From the NCBI GenBank assembly GCA_050186075.1, contig JBFWYU010000012.1, positions 41,420-105,419 of the forward strand: a DNA stretch of 64,000 nucleotides, given 5' to 3'. Below the pieces are notes generated by a model. That model ran no database searches and was not told where the DNA came from. It saw nothing but the letters and a program-made list of their open reading frames with translations. A program made the position numbers and the translations under genes. This DNA is from Bacteroidia bacterium. Its GTDB lineage: Bacteria; Bacteroidota; Bacteroidia; SXHM01. Shown here piece by piece: positions 52,265 to 60,520 of the stretch (its first letter is position 1; each line of letters opens with the position of its first letter).

Positions 52265-52305
52265 CGTCATGCTGTCCCGATAGCTATCGGAATTGTTTCA
52301 GCATC
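52265..52305. repeat. Intergenic hairpin element CGTCATGCTG-TCCCGATAGCTATCGGAA-TTGTTTCAGCATC
   Basis: Contains the perfect 14-bp palindrome CCGATAGCTATCGG (52277-52290), nested in ATGCTG/CAGCAT arms. Confidence 0.6.
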
Positions 52306-52387
52306 TTTTTTTGAAAACTACCGCCTCTACCTTCTTCAAAATCATTTCTACCGTCCCAATATGCACGTGAATTTCAATATAATAGCC

Positions 52388-52639
52388 CCTTAACATCCCA
52401 TTTTACCCCTCTTACACTTCATTTTACAATGCTTCCGGTTCATTTTTCACTGCTTACACTCCATTTTTCATCTGTTACAGCTTCCGCAACATAGCTTCCG
52501 GTTCATTTTTCGCCTCGTACAGTCCGTTTTTTGTGTCGCACAGTTCATTTTTTGTCTCGTACACATCATTTTTTGTGTCGTACATACCTCAATTAACCGC
52601 TTACAAGTAATTTTTCATTGCGTACACTCCGTTTTTCTT
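52388..52639. repeat. 21-bp-periodic array A: 12 degenerate units, consensus about nnC(G/T)TACAnnT(C)CATTTTTnnn
   Basis: C(A/G)TTTT anchors at 52399, 52420, 52441, 52462, 52504, 52525, 52546, 52567 and 52630, plus a variant AATTTT at 52609. All are on a 21-bp grid; the units at 52483 and 52588 are degenerate. Confidence 0.8.
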
Positions 52640-52671
52640 ATGTAGCGCAAGCCCAAATGTCTCTTCCACAA

Positions 52672-52965
52672 ACCCGTTTCGTTCTTCCTGAATTTGGTTT
52701 CTGCCAAGCCAAATTATGTTTCTGCCTTCCTGAACAAGGCTTCTGTCTTCCACTAAACAGCTTCTGCCAAGCTAAATTAACTTTCTGCTTTCCTAAAACC
52801 CGTTTCGGTCTTCCCTAATTTGGTTTCTGCCAACCTAAATTACCTTTCTGCCTTTCCAAAACCCGTTTCTGCCTTCCTAAATTTGGTTTCTGCCAAGCTA
52901 AACTTCGTTTCTGCCTTTCTCAAAACCGTTTCGGTCTTCACTAATTTGGTTTCTGCCTTTCCCAT
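52672..52965. repeat. 21-bp-periodic array B: 14 units organised as a 63-bp (3 x 21) higher-order repeat, core (G/C)TTTCTGCC
   Basis: CTGCC-like anchors at 52680, 52701, 52722, 52743, 52764, 52785, 52806, 52827, 52848, 52869, 52890, 52911, 52932 and 52953, all exactly 21 bp apart. The three subtypes ACCCGTTTCGGTCTTCCCTAA / TTTGGTTTCTGCCAAGCTAAA / TTACCTTTCTGCCTTTCCAAA recur in order. The plus strand is strongly pyrimidine-rich. Confidence 0.9.
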
Positions 52966-53013
52966 CCTCTCAAAATAATTTCCCCCCTTTCCCAAATCTC
53001 TCTTCTTTACCCC

Positions 53014-53021
53014 TAAGTTTG
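53014..53021 (+). promoter_or_regulatory. Candidate -7 box TAAGTTTG for rnd
   Basis: Perfect TAnnTTTG ending 5 nt before the ATG at 53027, implying a near-leaderless transcript. No clear -33 element. Confidence 0.35.
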
Positions 53022-53026
53022 TACCA

Positions 53027-54211
53027 ATGAATTTCAAAACCGAAAACAACGGCCACACCGTTGAGTTCATCTCCACCCCCCAACTCCTGAGCGATTGCGT
53101 TCAGTACCTCAGCACCACCACCCAGCTTGCCATAGACCTTGAGTTCGACCGCGACCGCCATGCCTATGGTTTCAACCTTTGCCTTATACAAGCCAGTGCC
53201 GGCAACCGCTGTTTTATCATAGACCCCCGTCAGCCCCTTGATTGCACTCCGCTTTATCGCCTGCTCGAAAATCCTGCCCAGCAGGTTTTACTTCATTCGC
53301 ATGGCGAAGACCTGCGCCTGCTGCATTCACTTGGTTGCCGCCCTACCAACCTGCTCGATACCGAAATAGCCGCCAAGCTCCTCGGCTACGAAAAAACATC
53401 ACTCGCCTCCATGCTCGAGCAGCATCTGAAAATAACCCTCGATAAGTCGCAGCAAAAAACCAACTGGCTCATTCGTCCCTTAACTCCCGCGCAAATCATT
53501 TATGCCTCCAACGATGTCATACATCTGGCGCAACTCAAAAACATACTTCTTGCCGAAGCCGCAGCAAAAAACCGCACACACTGGATTGAGGAAGAAAACA
53601 CCTTCCTCAGCCAGGTTCTATTTACCGAAACGGTGAAAGAAAACTTCCTTTCCTCAGCCGATAGAAAAGAACTCAGTCCTTACGACCAGTTTCTGATGAA
53701 CGAATGGCTCAAACTCCGGGATGCGCTGGCCGCGAAATTCAATAAACCTTCCTATCAGGTCATCAGCCCCGAAACAATCCGCGATATTATTTCCGGTAAA
53801 GCCGATTTAAACAATTGGCTTGCTCTGCCCGGAATTTATCGCAAGCTGAAAGAGCCGCATTACACCGATTTTTTTATCGGTAAGCACACTGAAATTATAA
53901 AAGCAGCAGAGGCCAACTCCATCTCAAAAGTGTTAGGCCACAAACCTTTTGTAAACCCCGAAGAATGGGAAAGACGCAAAACCTCTAATGCCGAAAAAGA
54001 AAAAGCAAAGGCTGAGATATTTCTTCCCCTCAAGCAGCGCCTCACCGATAATTACGGAGCAGGCATAGCAAGCTTTATCCTCAGCAATGCATCCATAGAT
54101 GAGTTTATCCGTGGCGACAAAAAAATAAGCGACTTGAAAGTAAACTACCGCAAACAATTGCTGCAAACCATCGCAGCCGAATTAAATCTGGATATTAATC
54201 CCTGGCTTTAA
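53027..54211 (+). CDS. rnd: Ribonuclease D-like 3'-5' exonuclease (DEDD) with HRDC-like C-terminal region
   Basis: LAIDLEFDRDRHAYGFNLCLIQ (ExoI), LLHSHGEDLRLL (ExoII) and IIYASNDVIHL (ExoIII). 394 aa. Confidence 0.7.
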   Translation: MNFKTENNGHTVEFISTPQLLSDCVQYLSTTTQLAIDLEFDRDRHAYGFNLCLIQASAGNRCFIIDPRQPLDCTPLYRLLENPAQQVLLHSHGEDLRLLHSLGCRPTNLLDTEIAAKLLGYEKTSLASMLEQHLKITLDKSQQKTNWLIRPLTPAQIIYASNDVIHLAQLKNILLAEAAAKNRTHWIEEENTFLSQVLFTETVKENFLSSADRKELSPYDQFLMNEWLKLRDALAAKFNKPSYQVISPETIRDIISGKADLNNWLALPGIYRKLKEPHYTDFFIGKHTEIIKAAEANSISKVLGHKPFVNPEEWERRKTSNAEKEKAKAEIFLPLKQRLTDNYGAGIASFILSNASIDEFIRGDKKISDLKVNYRKQLLQTIAAELNLDINPWL

Positions 54212-54870
54212 AGCCCCGCGCTTTTGTTCAGGAAATCATTGAGCGGCTTAAGGGCTTTGTAAGCCTCCAGCGCATTCTTCAAAAGGTTTTTATCCATCAC
54301 CTCTTTATCGCTCAGGTTCTTTACTACAATGTAGCTTTTGTATTTCACCAGATCAATATCCGGATGTTCTTTGTCAAAACCTTTGGGTGCGGTTTTTAGT
54401 TTGCCCTCGTCCCACAATTGACTGTAATGTTTTTTAAATTCTTTGCTGTTGATGATCTTTTTAAAATCATCGGGGTCGTAAATAATATCCTCGCGTACCG
54501 CTTTCAGTTTATCAGGCTCGGGCTGAAACATTCCGCCTGCAATAAACGAACCTCCCGGCTCAATATGAAAGTAATAGCCAGCCGCTGCCGACTTCTTTCC
54601 TCCCGGACTCATGTTCGCGCCCATGTTATTTTTATAAGGCGATTTATCATTAGAGAAACGCACATCACGGTTAATGCGGAACACACAGTTCTTCGCCTCC
54701 AGTCCGCTTACTTTTTTATCAAAGGTTGAAATGCCCGAAATCAGTTTCTGAACATAGTCCATGAAATCTTTTTTCGCTGCATCGTATTCTTTCTTATTGG
54801 CAAGAAACCAGTCGCGGTTATTGTTTTTCTTTAAAGCTGCAAGAAATTTAAGAGTGGATTGCTGAATCAT
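54208..54870 (-). CDS. DUF2461 (TIGR02453) family protein
   Basis: TLKFLAALKKNNNRDWFLANKKEYDAAKKDF, FRINRDVRFSNDKSPYK and YYFHIEPGGSFIAGGMFQPE. Confidence 0.7.
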   Translation of the reverse strand: MIQQSTLKFLAALKKNNNRDWFLANKKEYDAAKKDFMDYVQKLISGISTFDKKVSGLEAKNCVFRINRDVRFSNDKSPYKNNMGANMSPGGKKSAAAGYYFHIEPGGSFIAGGMFQPEPDKLKAVREDIIYDPDDFKKIINSKEFKKHYSQLWDEGKLKTAPKGFDKEHPDIDLVKYKSYIVVKNLSDKEVMDKNLLKNALEAYKALKPLNDFLNKSAGL

Positions 54871-54886
54871 TGTTTACGTCATTGCG

Positions 54887-54955
54887 AGGGTTTACCCGAA
54901 GCAATCTCACCATTAACAGATTGCTTTGCTGCGCTCGCAATGACGACAAAAGTAG
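54887..54955. repeat. Nested long hairpin element CGTCATTGCGAG...GAAGCAATCT...AGATTGCTT...CTCGCAATGACG
   Basis: Outer arms CGTCATTGCGAG / CTCGCAATGACG and inner arms AAGCAATCT / AGATTGCTT. Same family as 51047-51085. Confidence 0.65.
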
Positions 54956-54960
54956 GAATT

Positions 54961-54992
54961 CCCTAAAACAACAAACGCCCCTTTTGAGGGCG
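54961..54992 (-). terminator. Possible rho-independent terminator downstream of ftsZ
   Basis: On the minus strand: CGCCC tcaaaag GGGCG TTTGTTGTTTTA. The stem is short (5 bp). Confidence 0.35.
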
Positions 54993-55021
54993 CCTGCTGC
55001 GAAAAACATCTGCATTAACTA

Positions 55022-55055
55022 CCCTCTCCTTTGAGGAGAGGGGTTGGGGGTGAGG
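55022..55055 (-). repeat. Hairpin motif CCCTCTCC-TTTG-AGGAGAGGG followed by GTTGGGGGTGAGG, immediately 3' of the ftsZ stop
   Basis: Stem of 8-9 bp. I recognise this as a motif type recurrent in bacterial intergenic DNA. It may act as the ftsZ transcript 3' hairpin. Confidence 0.5.
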
Positions 55056-55058
55056 TTT

Positions 55059-56945
55059 CTAATCAACGTTGTCATGAAGAAATGAGTTGTTTGCTCTCAA
55101 CTCTGTTTTGTTCCCCATGTTGTTTTCATTTTTCTCATCGCTGAGTGTAAATCTTGAAATATTGCTTTCCGAAGAATGTAAGGTGTTATCCAGATTTACA
55201 TTTCTTCTTTTGTAAGCCGGCTCACTTTCCAGTTCGCTCAATCCGCTCATGGTTTTGTATTTCTGGTTCACCTGTTTCAAGCGGGCAATACGCTCCTGCT
55301 GGATTTTTTCCATTTCCGCATTGTCCATTTCCGGCTCTTTGTTTATCACGCGGCTGGTAATATCCAGCAAGTCGTTTTTAGAAGCTACAGGAGTAGTTTC
55401 AAAAACCGGCTGTTCTGCTTCAGCAACCGGAGCAGTTTCCGTCACTGTTGTTTTTTGGCTTAAGTCAAACTCAAATGTTGTTTGTTTGGTGTTATCATCT
55501 TTCACAAACATGAATGGCTCTTCATCATTCAAAGTGAATTCAGTAAGAACAGTTTGCTCATTTTTCAACTCCGTCTCTGCGAAAAACAATTCAGGCTCTT
55601 CTTCTGTATTTGCAACTACAGTTTCTTCCACTTCTGCTGCTATTTCTGTGTAGGTTTCAACTACAGGGGTTTCTTCAATTGTTTCAGCAACCGGCTCAAC
55701 TGTTTTCAGGTAAGGCTCAGTCATTACCGGCTCTTCTGTTTTTTCTGCAACAACGGGTTCTTCCATTTTTGCTGTTGGCTCAACAATTTTCAGAGTAGGT
55801 TCCAGGCTGTATTCCTGCACTGGAGGAGTAACTACTGCTACAGGTGTTTCATCTAATGCAACAGGCTCAGAAACTGCCGGAGCAACCGGTTCAACTTTTG
55901 CAACTGGTTTCTCTTCTTCCAGATTCTTAACTACTTTTTTAGGAGCAGCTACAGGAGTAAATCCTTCCACTGATTTTGTCTTAAAGCCGGTAGCAATCAC
56001 TGTAACGGTAATGCTGTCGCCCAGATCCTCATCGTAACCATTACCCCAGATAATCTCTGCAGTAAGTCCTGCTTCATTCTGGATGTAGTCAGTTATCTCC
56101 GATACCTCATCCATGGTAACTTCTTCGCTTCCTGAATTGATGTAAAGCAGGATATTGCTTGCACCTTCAATGTTGTTATCGTTCAGCAGGGGAGAAGAGA
56201 GCGCAGTTTGCACCGCTTTCACTGCTCTGTCCGGTCCTGAAGCAGATGCAGAGCCCATGATGGCAACACCGCTGTCTTTCATCACTGTTCTAACGTCTTC
56301 AAAATCCACGTTCACATATCCGCTAACGGTAATGATTTCAGCTATTCCTTTTGCAGCAATGGTCAGGATGTTATCGGCCTGTGCAAATGCTTCGCCCAAT
56401 TTTAAATTGCCATACATATCACGCAATTTTTCATTGCTGATAACAAGCAGTGTATCTACACTTTGTTTCAGTTCTTCCAGGCCGTAATCAGCTTGTGATT
56501 TTCTTTTTCTTCCTTCAAAATGAAAAGGAATGGTAACAATACCTACGGTAAGAATTCCCAGATCTTTCGCAGCTTTTGCGATGATGGGAGCAGCACCCGT
56601 TCCTGTTCCACCACCCATTCCCGCAGTGATGAAAACCATTTTGGTTTTTGAATTCAGAATATCTTTCAACTCTTCTAAATTTTCAAGAGCAGCATTTTTC
56701 CCAACTTCAGGAATAGAGCCGGCTCCGCGCCCTTCAGTAAGGTTAGCTCCAAGTACAATTTTCTTTGGCACAGGACTGCGGTCAAGCGCTTGCTGGTCGG
56801 TGTTGCAGACTACAAAGTCAACACCTTTTATTCCCTGTTTGAACATGTGGTTTACAGCATTGCTGCCGCCACCGCCAACTCCAATCACTTTAATGATGGA
56901 AGGCTGTTCCTTAGGTAAATCAAATTTTATCATGTCGTTGTTCAT
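55059..56945 (-). CDS. ftsZ: Cell division protein FtsZ with about 250-aa acidic Pro/Val/Thr/Glu-rich linker
   Basis: GVGGGGSNAVNHM, the tubulin signature GMGGGTGTGAAPIIA, NVDFEDVRTVM, then the linker, then LESEPAYKRRN (FtsA-binding-like peptide) and the terminal NNSFLHDNVD. Confidence 0.95.
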   Translation of the reverse strand: MNNDMIKFDLPKEQPSIIKVIGVGGGGSNAVNHMFKQGIKGVDFVVCNTDQQALDRSPVPKKIVLGANLTEGRGAGSIPEVGKNAALENLEELKDILNSKTKMVFITAGMGGGTGTGAAPIIAKAAKDLGILTVGIVTIPFHFEGRKRKSQADYGLEELKQSVDTLLVISNEKLRDMYGNLKLGEAFAQADNILTIAAKGIAEIITVSGYVNVDFEDVRTVMKDSGVAIMGSASASGPDRAVKAVQTALSSPLLNDNNIEGASNILLYINSGSEEVTMDEVSEITDYIQNEAGLTAEIIWGNGYDEDLGDSITVTVIATGFKTKSVEGFTPVAAPKKVVKNLEEEKPVAKVEPVAPAVSEPVALDETPVAVVTPPVQEYSLEPTLKIVEPTAKMEEPVVAEKTEEPVMTEPYLKTVEPVAETIEETPVVETYTEIAAEVEETVVANTEEEPELFFAETELKNEQTVLTEFTLNDEEPFMFVKDDNTKQTTFEFDLSQKTTVTETAPVAEAEQPVFETTPVASKNDLLDITSRVINKEPEMDNAEMEKIQQERIARLKQVNQKYKTMSGLSELESEPAYKRRNVNLDNTLHSSESNISRFTLSDEKNENNMGNKTELRANNSFLHDNVD

Positions 56946-57048
56946 GGTTTTTGGGTGTTTGAAATTCAGGTTAATATTAGGTCAATATGGTTGCGGTATT
57001 TTTTCGGATTTCGGGTTTTTCTTAACGCCTGATTGTTAATTACGTCAC

Positions 57049-58353
57049 TTATTTTATTGCATCATCTTCAAAAAACTCTGTCGTTTTATTGAGCAGGCTT
57101 GAAAACCATGAACCTTTTTTCTTAGCATCAGAATGCCCTGTTACCTCTTCTTTCTTTTTGGTAGTGTTTGCCGATGTTGCTGGCGATTTTGTTTTCTCTT
57201 CACTTTGAATTCCCATCATCAAAAGTCCCACACCGGTTGCATACATTGGACTGGTAATATCTTCAGGGCTTCCCGGTGCAAGGTGTTCATTCGGGTAACC
57301 GATACGCGTGTTCATCGCAGTGATAAATTCGGTCAGCTGCGTAATATGTTTCATTTGCGAACCACCACCTGTCAGTACAATTCCGCCAATCAGTTTTTTC
57401 TCGTAGCCTGAGTTTTTTATTTCGTGATACACGTATTCTATAATTTCTTCCAGTCGCGCCTGTATAATGTTAGCAAGGTTTTTCACCGAAATCTCTTTCG
57501 GGTCTCTTCCGCGCAAGCCGGGAATGGAAACAATCTCATTTTCCTGGCTTTCGCTTGCCAGCGCAGAACCGAATTTCACTTTCAATAGCTCAGCTTGTTT
57601 GCCAATGATGTTGCAGCCTTCTTTAATGTCTTCGGTAATAATATTGCCGCCTAACGGAATAACCGCAGTATGGCGAATAATTCCATTGTAAAAAATTGCA
57701 AGGTCAGTAGTTCCGCCACCGATATCCACCAATGCAACACCTGCTTCTTTTTCTTCCTGACTGAGCACAGCTTCTGATGAAGCAAGCGGTTCAAGAATAA
57801 TATCTTTCATGGTCAGCCCCGCTTTTTCGATAGACCTTTTTATATTGTTAGCTGCTGCTATCTGTCCGGTGATAATGTGGAAATTTGCTTCCAGTCTCAC
57901 GCCTGAAGCACCAATCGGTTGCCTGATACCTACCTCTCCGTCTAAAATATATTCCTGAGGAAGCACATGAATAATCTCTTCTCCCGGAAGCATAGCCAGT
58001 TTATACATGTCATCAATCAGCGCATCAATATCCATTTGAGTGATGGTGTCTTCACCTGAAATTTTTCGTGTATAAATTCCGTGGTGCTGCATACTTTTAA
58101 TATGCTGACCTGCAATACCTACGTTCACTTCGCCAATTTCAACACTGGCTTTGCTTTCAGCTTCATTAACAGCCTGACGGATTGCATCAACGGTTTGGTC
58201 AATGTTGAAGACCATTCCGCGTTTTACGCCTAATGAGTCGGCACGACCCATTCCGAGAATTTCAATTTTTCCGTGGTCGGCTTTTCGCCCCACGATGCAG
58301 CAGATTTTAGTTGTTCCGATGTCTAAGCCAACTACAATTTTTGAATTTTCCAT
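57049..58353 (-). CDS. ftsA: Cell division protein FtsA
   Basis: VVGLDIGTTKICCIVG, VDIGGGTTDLAIF and LTGGGSQMKHI actin-like motifs. Confidence 0.9.
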   Translation of the reverse strand: MENSKIVVGLDIGTTKICCIVGRKADHGKIEILGMGRADSLGVKRGMVFNIDQTVDAIRQAVNEAESKASVEIGEVNVGIAGQHIKSMQHHGIYTRKISGEDTITQMDIDALIDDMYKLAMLPGEEIIHVLPQEYILDGEVGIRQPIGASGVRLEANFHIITGQIAAANNIKRSIEKAGLTMKDIILEPLASSEAVLSQEEKEAGVALVDIGGGTTDLAIFYNGIIRHTAVIPLGGNIITEDIKEGCNIIGKQAELLKVKFGSALASESQENEIVSIPGLRGRDPKEISVKNLANIIQARLEEIIEYVYHEIKNSGYEKKLIGGIVLTGGGSQMKHITQLTEFITAMNTRIGYPNEHLAPGSPEDITSPMYATGVGLLMMGIQSEEKTKSPATSANTTKKKEEVTGHSDAKKKGSWFSSLLNKTTEFFEDDAIK

Positions 58354-58354
58354 G

Positions 58355-59152
58355 TTATTGTTTTTTAGTGCAGATTACCTGGTTTTTATATTTCAGATTG
58401 ATTACCGAGTATTGATTCCAGCCTGTTTTGCTCAGGCCTTTTTGGTATAAAATCATCAGTTTTTTGAACTTCGTTTCCAAATCTTTTTTATCGCCAAAAA
58501 TTATTTTGTGGTCACCAACCATCGGTACCAGTTCAATATCGTTTTTCTCATTCACGAAGAGTTGCTGTATTTGAGCTCTCCAGAATTCATCTTTTTCAAT
58601 GAAGTTCACCACAGCAAAAATGTCGTCCAGTATTGTTTTCGCTGCCAGCGAATCATCAGCCTCAATTTTATTTACGTTGAATAAAGTCAGTCCTCCGTAG
58701 CTCTCGCGGATATTGCCATTTGCAACCGGAACGCGTGAAGCAAACTTTGCTGAAAGCGGCATAACGTTTCCCGTTTCATCAATATAAAAACTCTCGCCAA
58801 TGATGTTGTAGATGCGCACCAAGGGCTTGCGTTGAATAATGTCTGCTTTTACTTCGCCATTGACTGTTGAATATACCTGCACATCTTTTATGGAAGGATT
58901 TTTTAAAATTAACTGTTCAAGAGAGTTGTAGTTTATTTGTGAAGCAGGGCTGCCAATCAATGAGTCGCCTTTGCTGTAAATAATTTCTTTGATGTCGGTT
59001 TCGTCAACAAAAAAATTCTCATCACTGTTGTCAATATTTACTGAAATGCCTGTGCACAGTACGTTATTTTGTTCCGCATTTGCAAAGCCAAGTATCACCG
59101 GCAAACCAAGTGCAGGCAACAACCACATCAATATTTGCAATACTTTTTTCAT
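58355..59152 (-). CDS. ftsQ: Cell division protein FtsQ (POTRA-containing)
   Basis: Single N-terminal TM segment. 265 aa. Position between murC and ftsA in a canonical dcw order. Confidence 0.7.
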   Translation of the reverse strand: MKKVLQILMWLLPALGLPVILGFANAEQNNVLCTGISVNIDNSDENFFVDETDIKEIIYSKGDSLIGSPASQINYNSLEQLILKNPSIKDVQVYSTVNGEVKADIIQRKPLVRIYNIIGESFYIDETGNVMPLSAKFASRVPVANGNIRESYGGLTLFNVNKIEADDSLAAKTILDDIFAVVNFIEKDEFWRAQIQQLFVNEKNDIELVPMVGDHKIIFGDKKDLETKFKKLMILYQKGLSKTGWNQYSVINLKYKNQVICTKKQ

Positions 59153-60519
59153 TAAGCAGATTGCAATTTCTTTTTTATCGGTTCAACCATTTTGTCAATA
59201 TCCCCTGCCCCAACTGTGAGCAACACTTCCAATTTCCGCTCACTAATTTCTTTCAGCGTGTCATCTTTTGAAAGCAGCATTTTATTTTTCATGCTGATTT
59301 TATCCAACAGCATTTTTGAGTCAATGCCTTCAATCGGTAATTCACGTGCAGGATAAATTTCCAGCAAAATCAACTCATCCAGTAATTCAAGGCTTTTGGC
59401 AAAACCATCGGCAAAATCACGTGTGCGGGAAAAAAGGTGTGGCTGAAAAATTCCTGTGATTTTTTTATCAGGATAAAGTGCTTTTACTGAAGAAATGCAG
59501 GCACTTAACTCGCGGGGATGGTGAGCGTAATCATCAATGAAAACAAGTTTTTCATTTTTGATGATGTATTCAAAACGTCTTTTTACGCCTTTATAAGTAG
59601 CAAGTGCTTTTTTAATCACTTCTTTGTCAATGCCCGAAACCTGCGCTGCAGCAGCTGCTGCCAATGCATTCTCCACATTGTGCATTCCCGGGAAACCAAA
59701 TTTTACATTTTCAATTTTTTCGATCGGACTGATAATATCAAAAGCATATTCACCGCTCTCAACAGTAAGATTTTCAATTCCGAAATCACTTTTTCCTTTC
59801 AGCGAATAAGTGAATGTTTTCTTTCCTGTTTCTGTAAAACTAAGTCCTGACTTGTAAATCAACGTTCCTGTTTCTTTAATTTTTGAAACAAACTCATGGT
59901 AGTTTTTCTCCATGTTCTCCTTTGTTCCATAAATATCAAGATGGTCAGGGTCGGTGGAAGTAACAATGGCTACATCAGGATTTAATGTCAGAAATGAGCG
60001 ATCGTATTCATCCGCTTCTACCACCATTTTATCATTGGACGAAGAAAGTAATAGATTACTATTATAGTTCACTGCTATACCTCCGAGAAATGCTGTGCAT
60101 CCGCCTTCTGCATTATTTAAAATGTGTGCAGCGATGGACGATGTAGTAGTTTTTCCGTGCGTTCCGGCAACTGCAATGGTAAAATGATTTTCAGTCAGCA
60201 TACCCAAAACTTCGGAACGCTTTTTTACTTTAAAGCTATTCTCACGGAAATAGTTTAATTCTTCATGTCCCGAGGGAATAGCAGGTGTGTAAATCACCAG
60301 CGTTTGCTCAGTATTGAAAAAGAAAGAAGGTATCAGTTTTGAATTATCTTCAAAATGAATGTCAATTCCTTCGGCAATTAATTCTTTTGTCAGTTCGGTT
60401 TCGGTGCGGTCATAACCGGCCACTGATTTGCCCTGCGAAACAAAATAACGAGCCAGCGCACTCATGCCGATGCCCCCAATTCCAACTAAATAAATATTTT
60501 GAATCGTTTTAAAATTCAT
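59152..60519 (-). CDS. murC: UDP-N-acetylmuramate--L-alanine ligase
   Basis: IYLVGIGGIGMSALARY, AVAGTHGKTTTSS and DDYAHHP. Confidence 0.9.
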   Translation of the reverse strand: MNFKTIQNIYLVGIGGIGMSALARYFVSQGKSVAGYDRTETELTKELIAEGIDIHFEDNSKLIPSFFFNTEQTLVIYTPAIPSGHEELNYFRENSFKVKKRSEVLGMLTENHFTIAVAGTHGKTTTSSIAAHILNNAEGGCTAFLGGIAVNYNSNLLLSSSNDKMVVEADEYDRSFLTLNPDVAIVTSTDPDHLDIYGTKENMEKNYHEFVSKIKETGTLIYKSGLSFTETGKKTFTYSLKGKSDFGIENLTVESGEYAFDIISPIEKIENVKFGFPGMHNVENALAAAAAAQVSGIDKEVIKKALATYKGVKRRFEYIIKNEKLVFIDDYAHHPRELSACISSVKALYPDKKITGIFQPHLFSRTRDFADGFAKSLELLDELILLEIYPARELPIEGIDSKMLLDKISMKNKMLLSKDDTLKEISERKLEVLLTVGAGDIDKMVEPIKKKLQSA

Positions 60520-60520
60520 T

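Noticed and set aside
52225-53026. The long repeat-rich, AT-tract-containing intergenic region could be the chromosomal origin (oriC).
   Set aside because: I found no clustered DnaA boxes; there is only one weak TCTTCCACA with two mismatches to TTATCCACA. No dnaA, dnaN or other origin-linked genes are nearby.
52618-53076. ORFs 52618-52818 (+), 52840-53076 (-) and 52970-53191 (-) in the 21-bp repeat region might be genes.
   Set aside because: They are short, low-complexity frames generated by a 7-codon periodic repeat and are interrupted by stops when extended. The minus-strand ones overlap the well-supported rnd start.
55154-57039. Multiple plus-strand ORFs (up to 169 aa) lie antisense to ftsZ.
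   Set aside because: They are low-complexity antisense frames opposite the repetitive linker and the Gly-rich core of a certain ftsZ call.
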